Assembly: GCF_004010195.1 (NCBI RefSeq) | Contig: NC_057718.1 | Location: 57,066,264 to 57,130,263, forward strand | Source of the DNA: Chiloscyllium plagiosum | Lineage: Eukaryota | Length of the DNA stretch: 64,000 nt | Direction of reading: 5' to 3' | In this document: one piece after another, positions 1 to 11,424 of the stretch | Numbering within the stretch: the stretch's first letter is position 1 | Layout: the number at the start of each line of letters is the position of its first letter | Notes under the pieces: generated by a model | Told to the model about the DNA's origin: nothing | The model's database searches: none | Seen by the model: only the letters and a program-made list of their open reading frames with translations | Program-made: the position numbers and the translations under genes

Positions 1-539
1 CCAACCATCCTGACGACCCTATGGCCACTCTAGCCAACTCCTGACTGCCCCCTCAACCTGATAAAATCTGAATACACCCGACCACTTTGGCTAGCACCCA
101 ACCATCCACTCACCCACCTACACATTCACCCACTTATTCACTTTAGCCACACTACCTCTCTCACCCACATACCTATACACCCTACCCATCTGATCCAAAT
201 GCCTACTTACACACTTTACCCACCTATCTTTTCATCTACTCCTCTCACCAATTAACCTAGCTCACCCATTAAGGGATTTTGCCCAAAATGTCGATTTTTC
301 CTGCTCCTTGGATGCTGCCTGACTGCTGTGCTTTTCCAGCACCACTCTAATCTTGACTATCATCTCCAGCATCTGCAGTACTCACTACTGCCACCTATCC
401 AGCCTACCTTCCTATCTACCTTTGTCACCTATCCATTCTCTTATTCATCCATTAACTCAACCATTGATTCGTCATCAGCAATCCCTTGTTAATGCATATG
501 CTTGTCCATCTAGGAAATTTCATGTTCCTGATCATGTTT

Positions 540-1950
540 CTAGGAGGTGGAGGTAGTCCTTGGTGTTGAGATCATTGGTATTACTTTCTCCAGTTCCTTT
601 TCTCTACTTCTTCTTGTGGGTGGGTTTCCTTGAAGAATTGTGTCCTGTCAGACAGGAGGTTCCTCTAAGTCAGTTTCTTCTGAATGAGGGTCTCTGATGC
701 ATTGACATCTGTGTTTTATTTCTTGAGAGAAGCCTTCAGGGAGTCTTTGAAACATTTCCTTTATTCTCCTCTCGTTCAAATGACTTTCTTATGTAATGGA
801 CCAGATTAACTCCCCTTAAAATATATTAAGCAGATAGCCTCGACCCTAACATTTTCTTATTTTAAAGGTAATATAAGGCGTTGTGTTCCAGATGCAATTT
901 GATTGGTTAAACTACTTGAATTTAAGCAAGACACATTTCATTTTATGCTACAATTAAAGTACAGACAAAATAAAAATAAAGTATTAAGCTTATCTATAAC
1001 TCTATCGAAATGGTTAACTAAACAATATACATATATATTAACTACTATTAACTAACTGCTCCAATATAATAACATACATAAACATACCTTTGGTAAGAAA
1101 AATTGTCTCATACACAATTCTAGCAACAGAAAGAGACCCCAGCTTTCAACTGTAACAGAGAGAAGAATAAGAGCTTCCACATCCAGCTTCAAGATCCCAG
1201 CAACTGCAGAAAGCTAAAACTAAAACTCCTGGTTATGTGGGAGCTTTACCCCACCCATTCAGCCTGTTTCTATTGTTCTAACTTTTCTTCATTTAAAAAA
1301 AGACAAAGTTCTCCTCTTAAAGCCATACTATCATCACACTTAAGCTGAATGAAAAAGATTTGCTTTGGCTGTCAGGCATCTTATGAACCTGACTGGCCTA
1401 GCAGAGTTGATTTCAGATGGCCAAGAATTCGATGTTGGTGCTATTGGCTCCTTCAAGAATGCTGATGTTAGTATGCCTGTCCTCCCAGATGGTGTAGAAA
1501 ACCTGTCTCAAACAGCAATGATGGTACTTCTCAAGGGGTTTGAGGTGACATCTGTACATAGCCCAAATTTTGGAACCATATAGAAGAGTCAGAATGATGA
1601 CTGCCTTGTACACAAGGATCTTGGTATCAGCATGGATGTCATTGAAGACTCTCATGTTAGGAGCCTATATGTTGCCCTTGCAAATTGGATGCATTGTTGA
1701 ATCTCCACATCTACATCAGCCTTAGATAAGGGGTGGTTCCCCAAGTAGAGGAAATGTTCCACATTGGGAGGATTTTCTTTCTGTTGATCTTAATGGAAAG
1801 ATGGACAAAATCTTGCCATGGGATGGATTGGTACAGGGCTTTAATCTTCTGAGGTTGAGGCTAAGACCAATTCTTCAGCATACTTCCATGAAGGTATTAA
1901 ACAAGGCTTGAAGATTCCCTTTTGAGAGCGTGGAAATGACATTGTCTTGC
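540..1950 (-). mobile_element. Decayed RTE-clade LINE, 3' part of ORF (post-RT region), split by a solo LTR at 792-1338
   Basis: ORF 1413..1655(-) TKILVYKAVIILTLLYGSKIW...LEKYHHCCLRQV...WEDRHTNISILE matches the RTE-type C-terminal pattern TKxxVYxAVVxxxLLYGxExW. Boundaries are approximate. Confidence 0.7.
792..1338 (-). mobile_element. Solo LTR with 4-bp TSD
   Basis: Begins TGTAATGG and ends TCATCACA (TG...CA, imperfect terminal inverted repeat). Flanked by CTTA at 788-791 and 1339-1342. Strand is tentative. Confidence 0.7.
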
Positions 1951-1954
1951 ACCC

Positions 1955-2615
1955 AATTTGATTTAAGGTGATAGTATGGAACAGTTGGAGGCACTGGGTA
2001 CTAAAAAAGCTTTGGGCCCTGAAAACTTTTCTGCAATGGTCATGAAGACTTGTGGTACAGCTACAACACTAGCATCTATGCTACAATATGAAAAAATGGC
2101 TAGGTGTGTCCTATACACAAAAAATACAGAACAAATCCAACCTGGTTATTTTCTGTCCCATCTACACTTGATCAACAAGATGGAAGGTGTCATCAGCAGT
2201 TCTATCAAGCAATACGTGCTAACTAATAACCTGCTCATTGAACTCTGTTTGGGTTTCATCTCAGCTCTTGATCTCATTCCAGCCTTAGTTCATACATGAA
2301 TAAAAGAGCTGAATTCCAAAGGGGAGGTAAGAGTGGCTGCCTTTGACATCAAGGCCAAATTTGACTGAATGTCACATCAAGACACCCAAGCAAACTTGAA
2401 TCAATGGGAATCAGGGAAAACTTTCCTCTGGTTAGAGTCATATTTAGTACAAAGGAAGATGGGTGCAGTTGGAGGTTGGTCATCTCAGTTTCAGGTTGTC
2501 TCATCAGGATTTCATCAGGGGTGTGTCCTAGGCCCAACTATTTTCAGCTGTTTCATTAATTACCTTACCTCCATTATAAGGTCAAAAATCGGGATGTTGA
2601 CTGATGATTGTATAT
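1955..2615 (+). mobile_element. CR1/L2-like LINE reverse transcriptase fragment (frameshifted)
   Basis: ORF pieces contain KALGPENFSAMVMKTC, WLESYLVQRKM, QGCVLGPTIFSCFINYL and MLTDDC (degenerate QGSVLGP and FADD motifs). Confidence 0.8.
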
Positions 2616-2986
2616 AGTGTCAGCCCGCTGATCACCAAGTGCATTCAGTTGCACAGCTTAGCGAGATGTGGCTTTAGAGCACCAGAGTCTGCATCTTTAA
2701 GATGTATGTCAGTGTTCAGGAGAAATAAGGCTCATTGTGGTATTATGCGGGTGATGGGTGGAAATAGGTTGTCAGGATTGTGCAAGATAAAAGGAATATG
2801 GAGGCTCTAAGGACACGTGGAGACAAGGCAGACTCTGGTACTGACAGTGTGCACTGTGAGCTGCATTCTCTGTAATCAATTGCTGTTCTCCAGATGCGAA
2901 ACACAACTGTAAACTGGCTGGAACAACATCCAGTTTGATCTGTTAAAGTATAGAATCTACTTCTGCTGAACACTAGGAATACGAAT

Positions 2987-3337
2987 CATAGAATCCCTAC
3001 AGTTTGGAAACAGACAATGCAGCCCAAGACATCCACACCAACTCTCTGAACAGCATCCCACCCAGACTGACCCTCCTACCCCTATCCCTGTAACCCTGCA
3101 TTTCTCATGGCTAATCTGCTTAACCTCCACTTCCCTGCACACTATGGGTAATTTGGCATGGTCAATCCACCTGACCTGCACACCTTTGGACTGTGGGAGG
3201 AAACCAGAGCACCCAAAGGAAACCCACGCAGAAACTGGAAGAATGTGCAAACTTCAAACAGTTTCCCAAGGCTTGAATTGTACCCAAGTCCCTGGTGCTT
3301 TGAGGCAGCAGTGCTAACAACTGAACCACCATGCCAC
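2987..3337 (-). mobile_element. tRNA-derived V-SINE (HE1-like)
   Basis: Minus strand reads a tRNA-like head (GTGGTTCAGTTGTTAGCACTGCTGCCTC), the V-domain (TGCGTGGGTTTCC...CTGGTTTCCTCCCACAGTCCAAAG) and a CR1-like tail. The same family recurs several times in the window. Confidence 0.85.
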
Positions 3338-3689
3338 TCTGAAATTGAAGGGGCATTGACATGAAGCATAGACGTGCCAACTCTGAATCCATTTCACTTT
3401 CAATCATTTCTTTACCCACTGCAATTCATGCAGAATGATTATGTTTAGGCTTCAAATGCTGGTAAAGATGACTTGCACCATGCCATTGATGCTTGCAAAT
3501 ATGACATTGGCATCTCAATGATTCAGAAATTAATGGTAATGATTAAAAAAGAGAGATGGGTGCACGCTAATAGTGTCCTATTCCATCTTATAGTGAATTA
3601 CATTACTGATGAAGAACTTAAACCCAAAACATCAATTCTCCTTCTCCTCAGATGCTGCCTGACCTGCTGTGCTTTTCCATCCTTGTCAG

Positions 3690-6420
3690 AAAGTCTGGTA
3701 AACCCAAAGAAATGGTCAACTGAAAGGACTGGGTCTCATCCAAAGAAGAGATAATATGGAGAATAATCTGTGGCTAAGTATGAGGTGTTATTATAAGAAT
3801 AAATCAGCTCCAGAGGGTACTCAGGCCACTTTCATCTCGGGAGGCAAGGTATGCAGATGGTCATGCAAAGTAAAGTTGAATTGTTTACACTGTTCATTAT
3901 GCCATGGAATGATAGCGGCTCATGTGGCCCTTGGCAATGACATAGACCTTACAAACCTCCTGTAGGATCTTCCTCTCCAAATTGCATTCCTGACCACTGT
4001 GAATCCAACATGGAATGTTGAAACACACAGGTCAGAATGGCCTATCTGAAATTGGTGAAGACATCCATGAGTAGGAGAACATGCTCAATCTCATTACTTC
4101 TCAGGTCAAAGTCTATGAAATCTTTTGTAAGACCTCACGAGATCTCTTGATAATTAGGAATCCCATGCTGAGGTGAGGTCATCTCCTGTTTTAGCCAAAA
4201 TACATCTTTCACAATTTCAATTGTAGTTATCAATATCAGCAATGATCTTGAGCCAGTAACAGCATTCTCTTTGTGACCTGCTTGACTATGAACCAAGCAC
4301 TTGAAACTAGAGGCTGTCAGGAAGGATGAGTTACTTCATTTCTCTCTCTCGTCATGAAACAGCTGCTAGAAATCTCTACCCTCCTCCCTCATCCTCTAAC
4401 AGCACCACAATAGTTGCTATGTCCCTTTGGACTCCCTTAGCAGCTGGCACTTGAATGGTGCATGTTGGGTCTTCCAGTAATGGAACACTCTACTGATGTC
4501 TACATCATTCAATTGAAGCTATCTGAGGTTTTTGTTTGAGGTAGATGGCAAAGTTGGAACCATACTGGGCTCTACCTTTTTGCACATAGTTCGGATCTAA
4601 CTCATGAGTGCATTTATGACATTGTTGAACGTTAGTCTGAATATCATTGGGAATTGGTTTGGAATACTGCATTTAGCTTAGTCCATGGGTATGGCTGCTC
4701 TAGCACGGCAGAATGGTTCCCCTCCTTTGTTCAATTTTCCAAGCAAGGGCATCAATTGCATTGCTTGTTCCTGACCTATACTGGATCTGGAATCAAAACT
4801 GCATGACTTCAGCGACTAATTTGGACTCTGTTATTCCCATACTGGCAGACATTTGAAAGTAGTTGAGTAATTAGTAAATAATTTAAACTCTGCACAAATC
4901 AGAAGGTCTTTGAACTTACGGGAAACAGCTTATCTCCAAGCTAATAGTTCAAGTTTCATACAGGATTACTTTTCTACATTCCTCTCATTGACTTTGAGAC
5001 TGACTAATGATTTTCTGCCCTCAAACCTGCGTCAGCCGTACTCCTAGGCCAAGGAAACTGGCATCAAATTTTTGTATGGAAGGGAGAGTTGAAAACCTGT
5101 GTAGCCAAGGACAGGTGGTGAGACATCTCCTGCTTCAGGGCGCAGAGGGAGTCATCGCATACTGGGGTCCAATTCCCATTCATGCCCTGTGAAGTCTCAT
5201 GCCTCATTCATGCTTTCCCAAAGATTTCTGCAACATTATCTAATTTTCTCAGCAAAGCATGCATTGGGGCAGACAACTGCATAAATTTGCACAAACTTAC
5301 TTACAGTAATTATCTAGATCAAGGAACTCACACATTCTCTCTCAGTCTTAGATTGTACCTACTTCTCTACTGCTCGGATTTTCTCATCATCAGGTGTAAT
5401 GTGTTCCTTGGTAATGAAGTGTCCCAGGTTCCATGTTTTTGTCTGGGAAATTGACACTTTTTTGGTTTAACTATCAACTTAAACAGTGACAAGTGGGCTA
5501 AAACGGTGTGTAGACATTGCAGGATCTCTTCATATGTCGAGCTAAAGATGAGTATGTTGTCCGGATATACAATTAAGAGACTGGAAATTAAAGTTCTTAA
5601 AAGCTTTATGCATCACATGCAATAATATGGCAAGGGGATTACAAAGTTCAACTATGGGTAACTGATTATAGCCATTAGCCAAATTGAGGCTGCAGATATA
5701 CTTTGCATCTTTGACAGCTCGCAATAGTTCCACAATCCTTGGTAGAAAGTAAGCATCCTCATGATTCTTTGCATTGAATGTCCAGTAGTTGGCACAAATG
5801 CTCAATTTTCCTTACAAATACTGGAGTGGAGGCGTGTGGAAATGCTGACTTTTGGGTGATACTTTATTCCAAAGAGGTCTGCAGGTAGACCCAGGCTTCC
5901 TCCCAGTGGTGGGATGGGATCTGGCAATAAAGAATCTTTACTGGATGGTTGTCTTTTGTCACAGTCCTGTGACTTACTAGGCCACATTACCAAATGTCAT
6001 TTCCCATACTTGACATGAGTAGAAACAAATTGCCTCCTTTGGAGCTCTTCTGAGTTCCCAATGTTCATCTCTGAAACATGGTTGGAGATGTCTCCTCCAG
6101 TTAGTCCACTATCCATGAACTGAGGCAGGTTTAAGGACACATATGGGTAGTCTTGGTTGGAGATAAACATCTTTGTCACTGAAATTGATGATTTGTATGG
6201 GTATCCTACACTTTTCTTCAACAATAACAAGGATGGTCCTGGAGTTACACCAAGTGGGAGTTCTGCTACAGGTGACATGTAATGGCCTAGCAAGGCCTGA
6301 TGCTAACCAATTGAAGATGGCTGGAATGAGTGTTCAAGAGCAGTTATGGTATAGGCAGCTAAAAGAACAGCCCAGTTTCGTGATACTTGGACAATTCTCG
6401 GGTCACATACAGGTTGATAG
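3690..6420 (-). mobile_element. Heavily decayed Ty3/Gypsy pol remnant (RT to integrase)
   Basis: ORF 5542..5805(-) ICANYWTFNAKNHEDAYFLPRIVELL...AKYICSLNLANGYNQ is a Gypsy RT N-terminal motif. Manual reading of ~3715-3900(-), across a frameshift, gives FNFTLHDHLHTL...WPEYPLELIYSYNNT...DYSPYYLFFG*DP, the integrase core end. Confidence 0.75.
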
Positions 6421-6429
6421 AGCATAAGA

Positions 6430-7403
6430 GAATAGCTTTTATTGTAACATATACTCAATGAGCATATTGAAAAGTTTAAATGTTGCCAATTACAAAAGGA
6501 CCTAGGTAGGCACAGCTTTTTTATTTACAAGATCTTAGACAATAGAGAAATAAAATGTCCAGCATTACAGAAATAAAAGTTCAGTACAACAGACCATGCC
6601 AGCACAACAGTCTGCACCGAGTCCTGGCTCCATTTCGCACCGGCAACACGCCACACCGGGAGGCCATTGCAGGAGGCTGGAAGGTTGCCACACCACACCG
6701 GGAAGCCCCTATAGGAGGGGTCTGCTGAACCAGGCCAGAAAGTCATCATGCCACACCACACTGGGAGGCCACTGCACCAGGGCAGGAGATCACCACATGG
6801 GAGGCTACTGCACCAGGCCAGGTAGTCGCCATGCCACACTGGGAGGTCACTGCACCAGGCCAGGGCGTCACCACACAGGAGGCTGTTGTGCCAGGCTGGG
6901 AGATTGCCACACGGGAAGCTGCTGCACCAGGCCAGGAAGTCGCCACGCCACCCTGGGAGGCCGCTGTGCCAGGCTGGGATGTCATCACAAGGAAGGCCAT
7001 TGTGCCAGGCTGGAAGTTGCCTTGCCACACCCCACCAAGAGGCTGCTGCGGGAGGCTGCTGCATCAGGCCGGAAGTACGTTATGCCACGCCAAGAGGCGT
7101 CTGTGTCTGGCCAGAAGGCTGCTGTGACAGGCCGGAAGTCATTGCTGGTGGATGAGAGTCATTACCAGGGGGCCAGGAATGGTCGCCAGAGGCCAGGAAT
7201 CATCGCTTGCCTGAGGCCAGGAATGTCGCTTCACCGGACATTCATTGCCAGGCTGGGAATCGTTGCTGGATCCCGGGAGTTGTCAGAGGCCACGAGAGAG
7301 GAAGGAAGAAAAGCAAAGCACTAAAAAGAAGAAAAAGAAGAAAAATAGAACGGGCGAAGCAGATAAGCTCCCGGCTGGAGCATCCTACTCCGTCTCCATC
7401 TTG
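6430..7403 (-). mobile_element. Probable non-autonomous LINE-derived element with internal GC-rich minisatellite
   Basis: Minus strand starts CAAGATGGAG (near-YY1 motif typical of LINE 5' ends), then a pyrimidine tract, tandem repeats, and AATAAA at 6438-6443(-). No clear TSD. Confidence 0.45.
6655..7290. repeat. Degenerate minisatellite (~39-42 bp units, then shorter GGCCAGGAA-containing units)
   Basis: Repeated GGGAGGCCACTGCACCAGGCCAGGAAGTCGCCACGCCAC-like units produce the periodic HATLGGHCTRPG translation. Confidence 0.85.
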
Positions 7404-7528
7404 ATCATGAACGTGCAAAGCGACATCAAAGACTCTGTGTGCCCGTCAGCCAAGTCTTAATGTTCTGTGCATAGTAGTCACCGTACACATTTTCCAAGGA
7501 TGCCTGGATATGTCTCAATACATTCAAT

Positions 7529-7746
7529 GAGAGAAAGTGAGGGCTGCAGATGCTGGAGATCAGAGCTGAAAATGTGTTGCTGGAAAAGCGCAGCAGGTCA
7601 GGCAGCATCCAAGGAACAGGAGAATCGACGTTTCGGGCATAAGCCCTTCTTCAGGAATTCCTGAAGGGCTTATGCCCGAAACGTCGATTCTCCTGTTCCT
7701 TGGATGCTGCCTGACCTGCTGCGCTTTTCCAGCAACACATTTTCAG
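7529..7746. mobile_element. Palindromic mini Penelope-terminus insertion (family A), 15-bp TSD
   Basis: TSD CTCAATACATTCAAT at 7514-7528 and 7747-7761. Two ~90-bp inverted arms meet at GAATTC (7655-7660). Confidence 0.9.
7627..7654 (-). ncRNA. Minimal hammerhead ribozyme core (family A)
   Basis: Minus strand reads CUGAAGA-A-GGGC(UUAU)GCCC-GAAA-CG-UC. Helix I is short or weak; activity is untested. Confidence 0.6.
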
Positions 7747-8439
7747 CTCAATACATTCAATCCCAATATAAGTATTCTCAAACTTTATCCTTCCATCGGA
7801 TAGCAATTGGATCAGAGCCTACCAGAAATTACAAACTATGTAAAGTGTGGTCACCACAACCCACTGGGGTACCAATAAGGCGAGCTTGAAGTATACAGGA
7901 TAGAGGATGAGAGGATGTCTAGCCTCTGTGAAGCAAGACCTAGATGACGGAAGAGATATCAATCAGCTTGTACTCCTCAGTCAGATGCTCACAGAAAAGA
8001 CAATGAATAATGGTTGACACCCCTGCTCCTGTGACAATTAGGCACAATGCTTCTCTTTTGTCAAGTTTCACACTCATTCCAGGGTAGGTCTTTATTACTA
8101 TACATAAGATTGAGTATCATCTCAAGGAAAGTATTCCACCCAACCTGGCTCCTGGTGTGAGGCACCATTAGATTAACACTTGGTGAGAAGGAGAGCCCTT
8201 TCTACTGGACAGGTTCGTTGTGCCTGATGGCAGTGATGGCAGTACTGTCAATGTATCTACCTTTTTATACATTAGTGCACATATTCTGATAGAGTGCCTT
8301 TATTTCTGTCTTTTTATCATGTTTGAAATCTCCAGCCTTCTCTGCTTAGATTTGAATGCTCAGTCCATTTCTGCCACAAATTATCAATTCCATTATTGCC
8401 ACTTTGTGCTCTTGCCATGTACTTTGCCTTTAATTGAGC

Positions 8440-8860
8440 TGTAGGGAGAGGCTGGGACTGTTTCCCATGGAGTGATGGAGGCTGAGGGGTGTCTTTACAG
8501 AGGTTTATAAAATCATAGTAGGGTAAATAGACAAGATCTTTTCCCTGAGGTAGGAGGTCCAGAACTAGAGGGCATAGGTTTAGGGTGAGAGAGAAAAGAC
8601 TTAAAAGGGACCTAAGGGGCAACCTTTTCATGCAGAGGATGGTGCGTGTATGGAATGAGCTGCCAGAGGAAGTGGTGGAGGCTGGTACAATTACAACATT
8701 GAAAAGGCATCTGCATGGGTACATGAATAGGAGGTGTTCAGAGTGATATGGGCCAAGTGCTGGCAAATGAGGCTAGATTAATTTCGGATATCTGGTTGGC
8801 CTGGATGAGTTGGACCAAAGGGTTTTGTTTCTATGTTGTATATCTTTATGACTCAATGCT
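8440..8860 (+). mobile_element. CR1 LINE 3' end
   Basis: Encodes LGLF..E.RRLRG.L.EVYKI...RGHRF...RGNLFMQRMVRVWNELP, followed by the CR1 3'UTR. Confidence 0.85.
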
Positions 8861-9129
8861 CTAAGACTCCAATTTATCACATCTTCTTTTATTTGATTCC
8901 TGAGCCCACAATTTGGTCTAAAGCCCTTTCTGCTCTCCTAGTTACTCATCCCAGCAAAACCGTGAACACGGTTTAGGCAAAGACTTTCCCAACAGTATAG
9001 TTCCCAGTTCCCCTAGTGCTGGTGACAGCACCCCTGACTTGTAACCTATTTCTTTCTTATCAATCTTTGAGCCACAAATCTAACTCTATAATATGAATTA
9101 TCAATTTATTCCAATTTGTTTGTGGCTCA

Positions 9130-9350
9130 GCTAATAATCCAGAGATGTTACCTTTGAGGTTCTGCTTTTTAATTTAGTCCCTAACTCCTCATACCCTATC
9201 AGCAGAACCATATCATTAGTCCAGCCTATGTCTTCAGTACCTACATTGACTACAGCAACAGGATCCTGCCCCATCCACAAGTTCCTCTTCAACTCAGAGA
9301 AAATGTTCCAAACCTGGCACCAGCCAGCCAAAATAGCCTTTTAGACACTT
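9130..9350 (-). mobile_element. CR1 ORF1 (SGNH-esterase-like) remnant
   Basis: ORF 9131..9331(-) PVAVVNVGTEDIG...YEELGTKLKSRTSKV resembles the CR1 ORF1 motif VVHVGTNDIG. Confidence 0.6.
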
Positions 9351-10747
9351 GCTCTCAGCTGCAGAAGACTACGCCTATCCCCTTGATTATACTCTCCACC
9401 ACTACTACTACATTTCAAGTAGCTCCTCCTGCATGAATGGTTTCCTCTACAACATTCCATGCTCAGTTTAATCTACTGTCTGGTAGCTCCCACACTTGTC
9501 CATTCAGGCTTCAATAATCTCAAACCTTTTGGGCAACTGTGAGGTCTGAGACTGCTCCACTTCTATTGTCTTGATCCTGTTATCTGCCTCATTGACAGTC
9601 ATATCCTCCTATATCTAACCATGAACTAAATGATATGAAACAAAATACCAAAATGACATTCTCCCTCCTGTTGTGTTGCATTGACTGCAGGTTGACCTCC
9701 ACAACAATAATTATGAGAGTAATTTCCACCAGCATAGACATTTACTACAGATATATTTACCTTGGATCATTTAGGCATCTGTGAGTTCCTACATTCTGCA
9801 ACTGCCATGCATCACCTACTCTGCAATCTTCATAGCATCTAATTAATTCATTATTTACTACTTAAATCTTAAATAATGTTTCATCTAGACCTTCCTATGC
9901 TTATTTTCTTCTAATTTCAACAATTGCTTTCTTACCTAATGGGAGTTAGTCTTTTTTTGTCTTGAGGTCCTTCTCTCTATTGCTCTATTAGGCAGGCTGC
10001 TGTCATACTCTGAGTCTTTCTTTTCCCTCTCTATCGAGTGTTGTTGTTTTCTATCTCCAGATCTTCTCTCTTTCATTCTTTAAGGTGGAACATAGGCGTT
10101 GTTAGCTGGCCAGCTTTTATTGCTCATCCCTAGTTGCCTTTAAGAAGGTGGTGGTGAACATCCATGGATGAACCAGGAAATCCATTGCCGACTGAAGACC
10201 AGGCCTATGCCGTTCAAGTCTGATGACCCGGAACTTTACAGGAAATTCAGAAATGACTTCCAAGAGGCAAAACTGGACAAAGTTAGAGACCCAAACTAAC
10301 GACATGGACACCACCATCTGTGGCAATATATGACATAACGAGCTATAAAAGGAAGCAGAACAGAATAGCAGACAAAAATACAACCATCCATGATGCACTG
10401 AATGTATTTTACACTTAGTTTGAACAGAAGGCTAGTGAATTGGTATCACCAGCCCCAACAGTTTTGGATGCACCTATTCCCTTAGTCACCGCTGCAGACA
10501 TCAGATTGGCATTCTTGAGAGTGAACCCACTGAAAGTGACTGGCCCAGATGGAGATCCGGCCGTGCCCTCAGATCCTGTGTGGACCAGCTGGAGGAAGTA
10601 TTCTCTGACATCTTTCACCTCTCCTTGTTAGAATCTGAAGACCCCACCCGCTTCAAGAGGATCACTATCATCCCGGTATCAAAAAGAACACATACAACAT
10701 GTCTCAATGACTACCACCTGGTGGTTCTGACCTCCATAATCATTAAG

Positions 10748-11276
10748 GAGAAAGTGAGGTCTGCAGATGCTGGAGATCAGAGCTGAAAATGTGTTGCTGG
10801 AAAAGCGCAGCAGGTCAGGCAGCATCCAAGGAACAGGATAATCGAAGTTTCGGGCATAAGCCCTTCTTCAGGAATGAGGAAAGTGTGTCCAGCAGGCTAA
10901 GATAAAAGGTAGGGAGGAGGGACTTGGGGGAGGGGCATTGGAAATGCGATATGTGGAGGGAGGTCAAGGTGAGGGTGATAGGCCGGAGAGGACCTGCATG
11001 TCCTTGGTGGAGTGGGAGGGGTAGTTGAAGTGTTGAGCCACGGGGTGGTTGGGTTGGTTGGTCCGGGTGTCCCAGAGGTGCTCTGTGAAACGTTCCGCAA
11101 GTAGGCGGCCTGTCTCCCTAATATAGAGGAGGCCACATCGGGTGCAGCGGATGCATTAGATGATGTGTGTGGAGGTGCTTCTATATCCGCCACAAATTCA
11201 CCCGCCCGAAACGTCGATTCTCCTGTTCCTTGGATGCTGCCTGACCTGCTGCGCTTTTCCAGCAACACATTTTCAG
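10748..11276 (-). mobile_element. Truncated Penelope-like element (family A): GIY-YIG fragment between inverted termini, 16-bp TSD
   Basis: TSD CTCCATAATCATTAAG (10732-10747) / CTCCATAATTATTAAG (11277-11292). The internal minus strand encodes CTRCGLLYIRETGRLLAERFTEHL (GIY-YIG). A hammerhead-like core lies at 10844-10871(-). Confidence 0.85.
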
Positions 11277-11424
11277 CTCCATAATTATTAAGTGCTTTGA
11301 GAGGTTAATCATGGCTCAATACAACTCTAGCTTCTCAGCCTGCCTCAATCCCTTGCAATTTGCCTACCAGTGCAACAGTTCCATGGTAGATGCCATCTCT
11401 CTGGCTCTACATTCATCCCTGGAA

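Noticed and set aside
1..480. C/A-rich quasi-periodic sequence
   Set aside because: Degenerate low-complexity (CACC/TACC-like) tract with no definable unit or coding signal.
6596..7324. 242-aa His/Cys-rich repetitive ORF and overlapping Trp/Cys-rich antisense ORFs
   Set aside because: These are a by-product of a GC-rich minisatellite with unit lengths divisible by 3. Several frames on both strands are open, and there is no splice or domain evidence.
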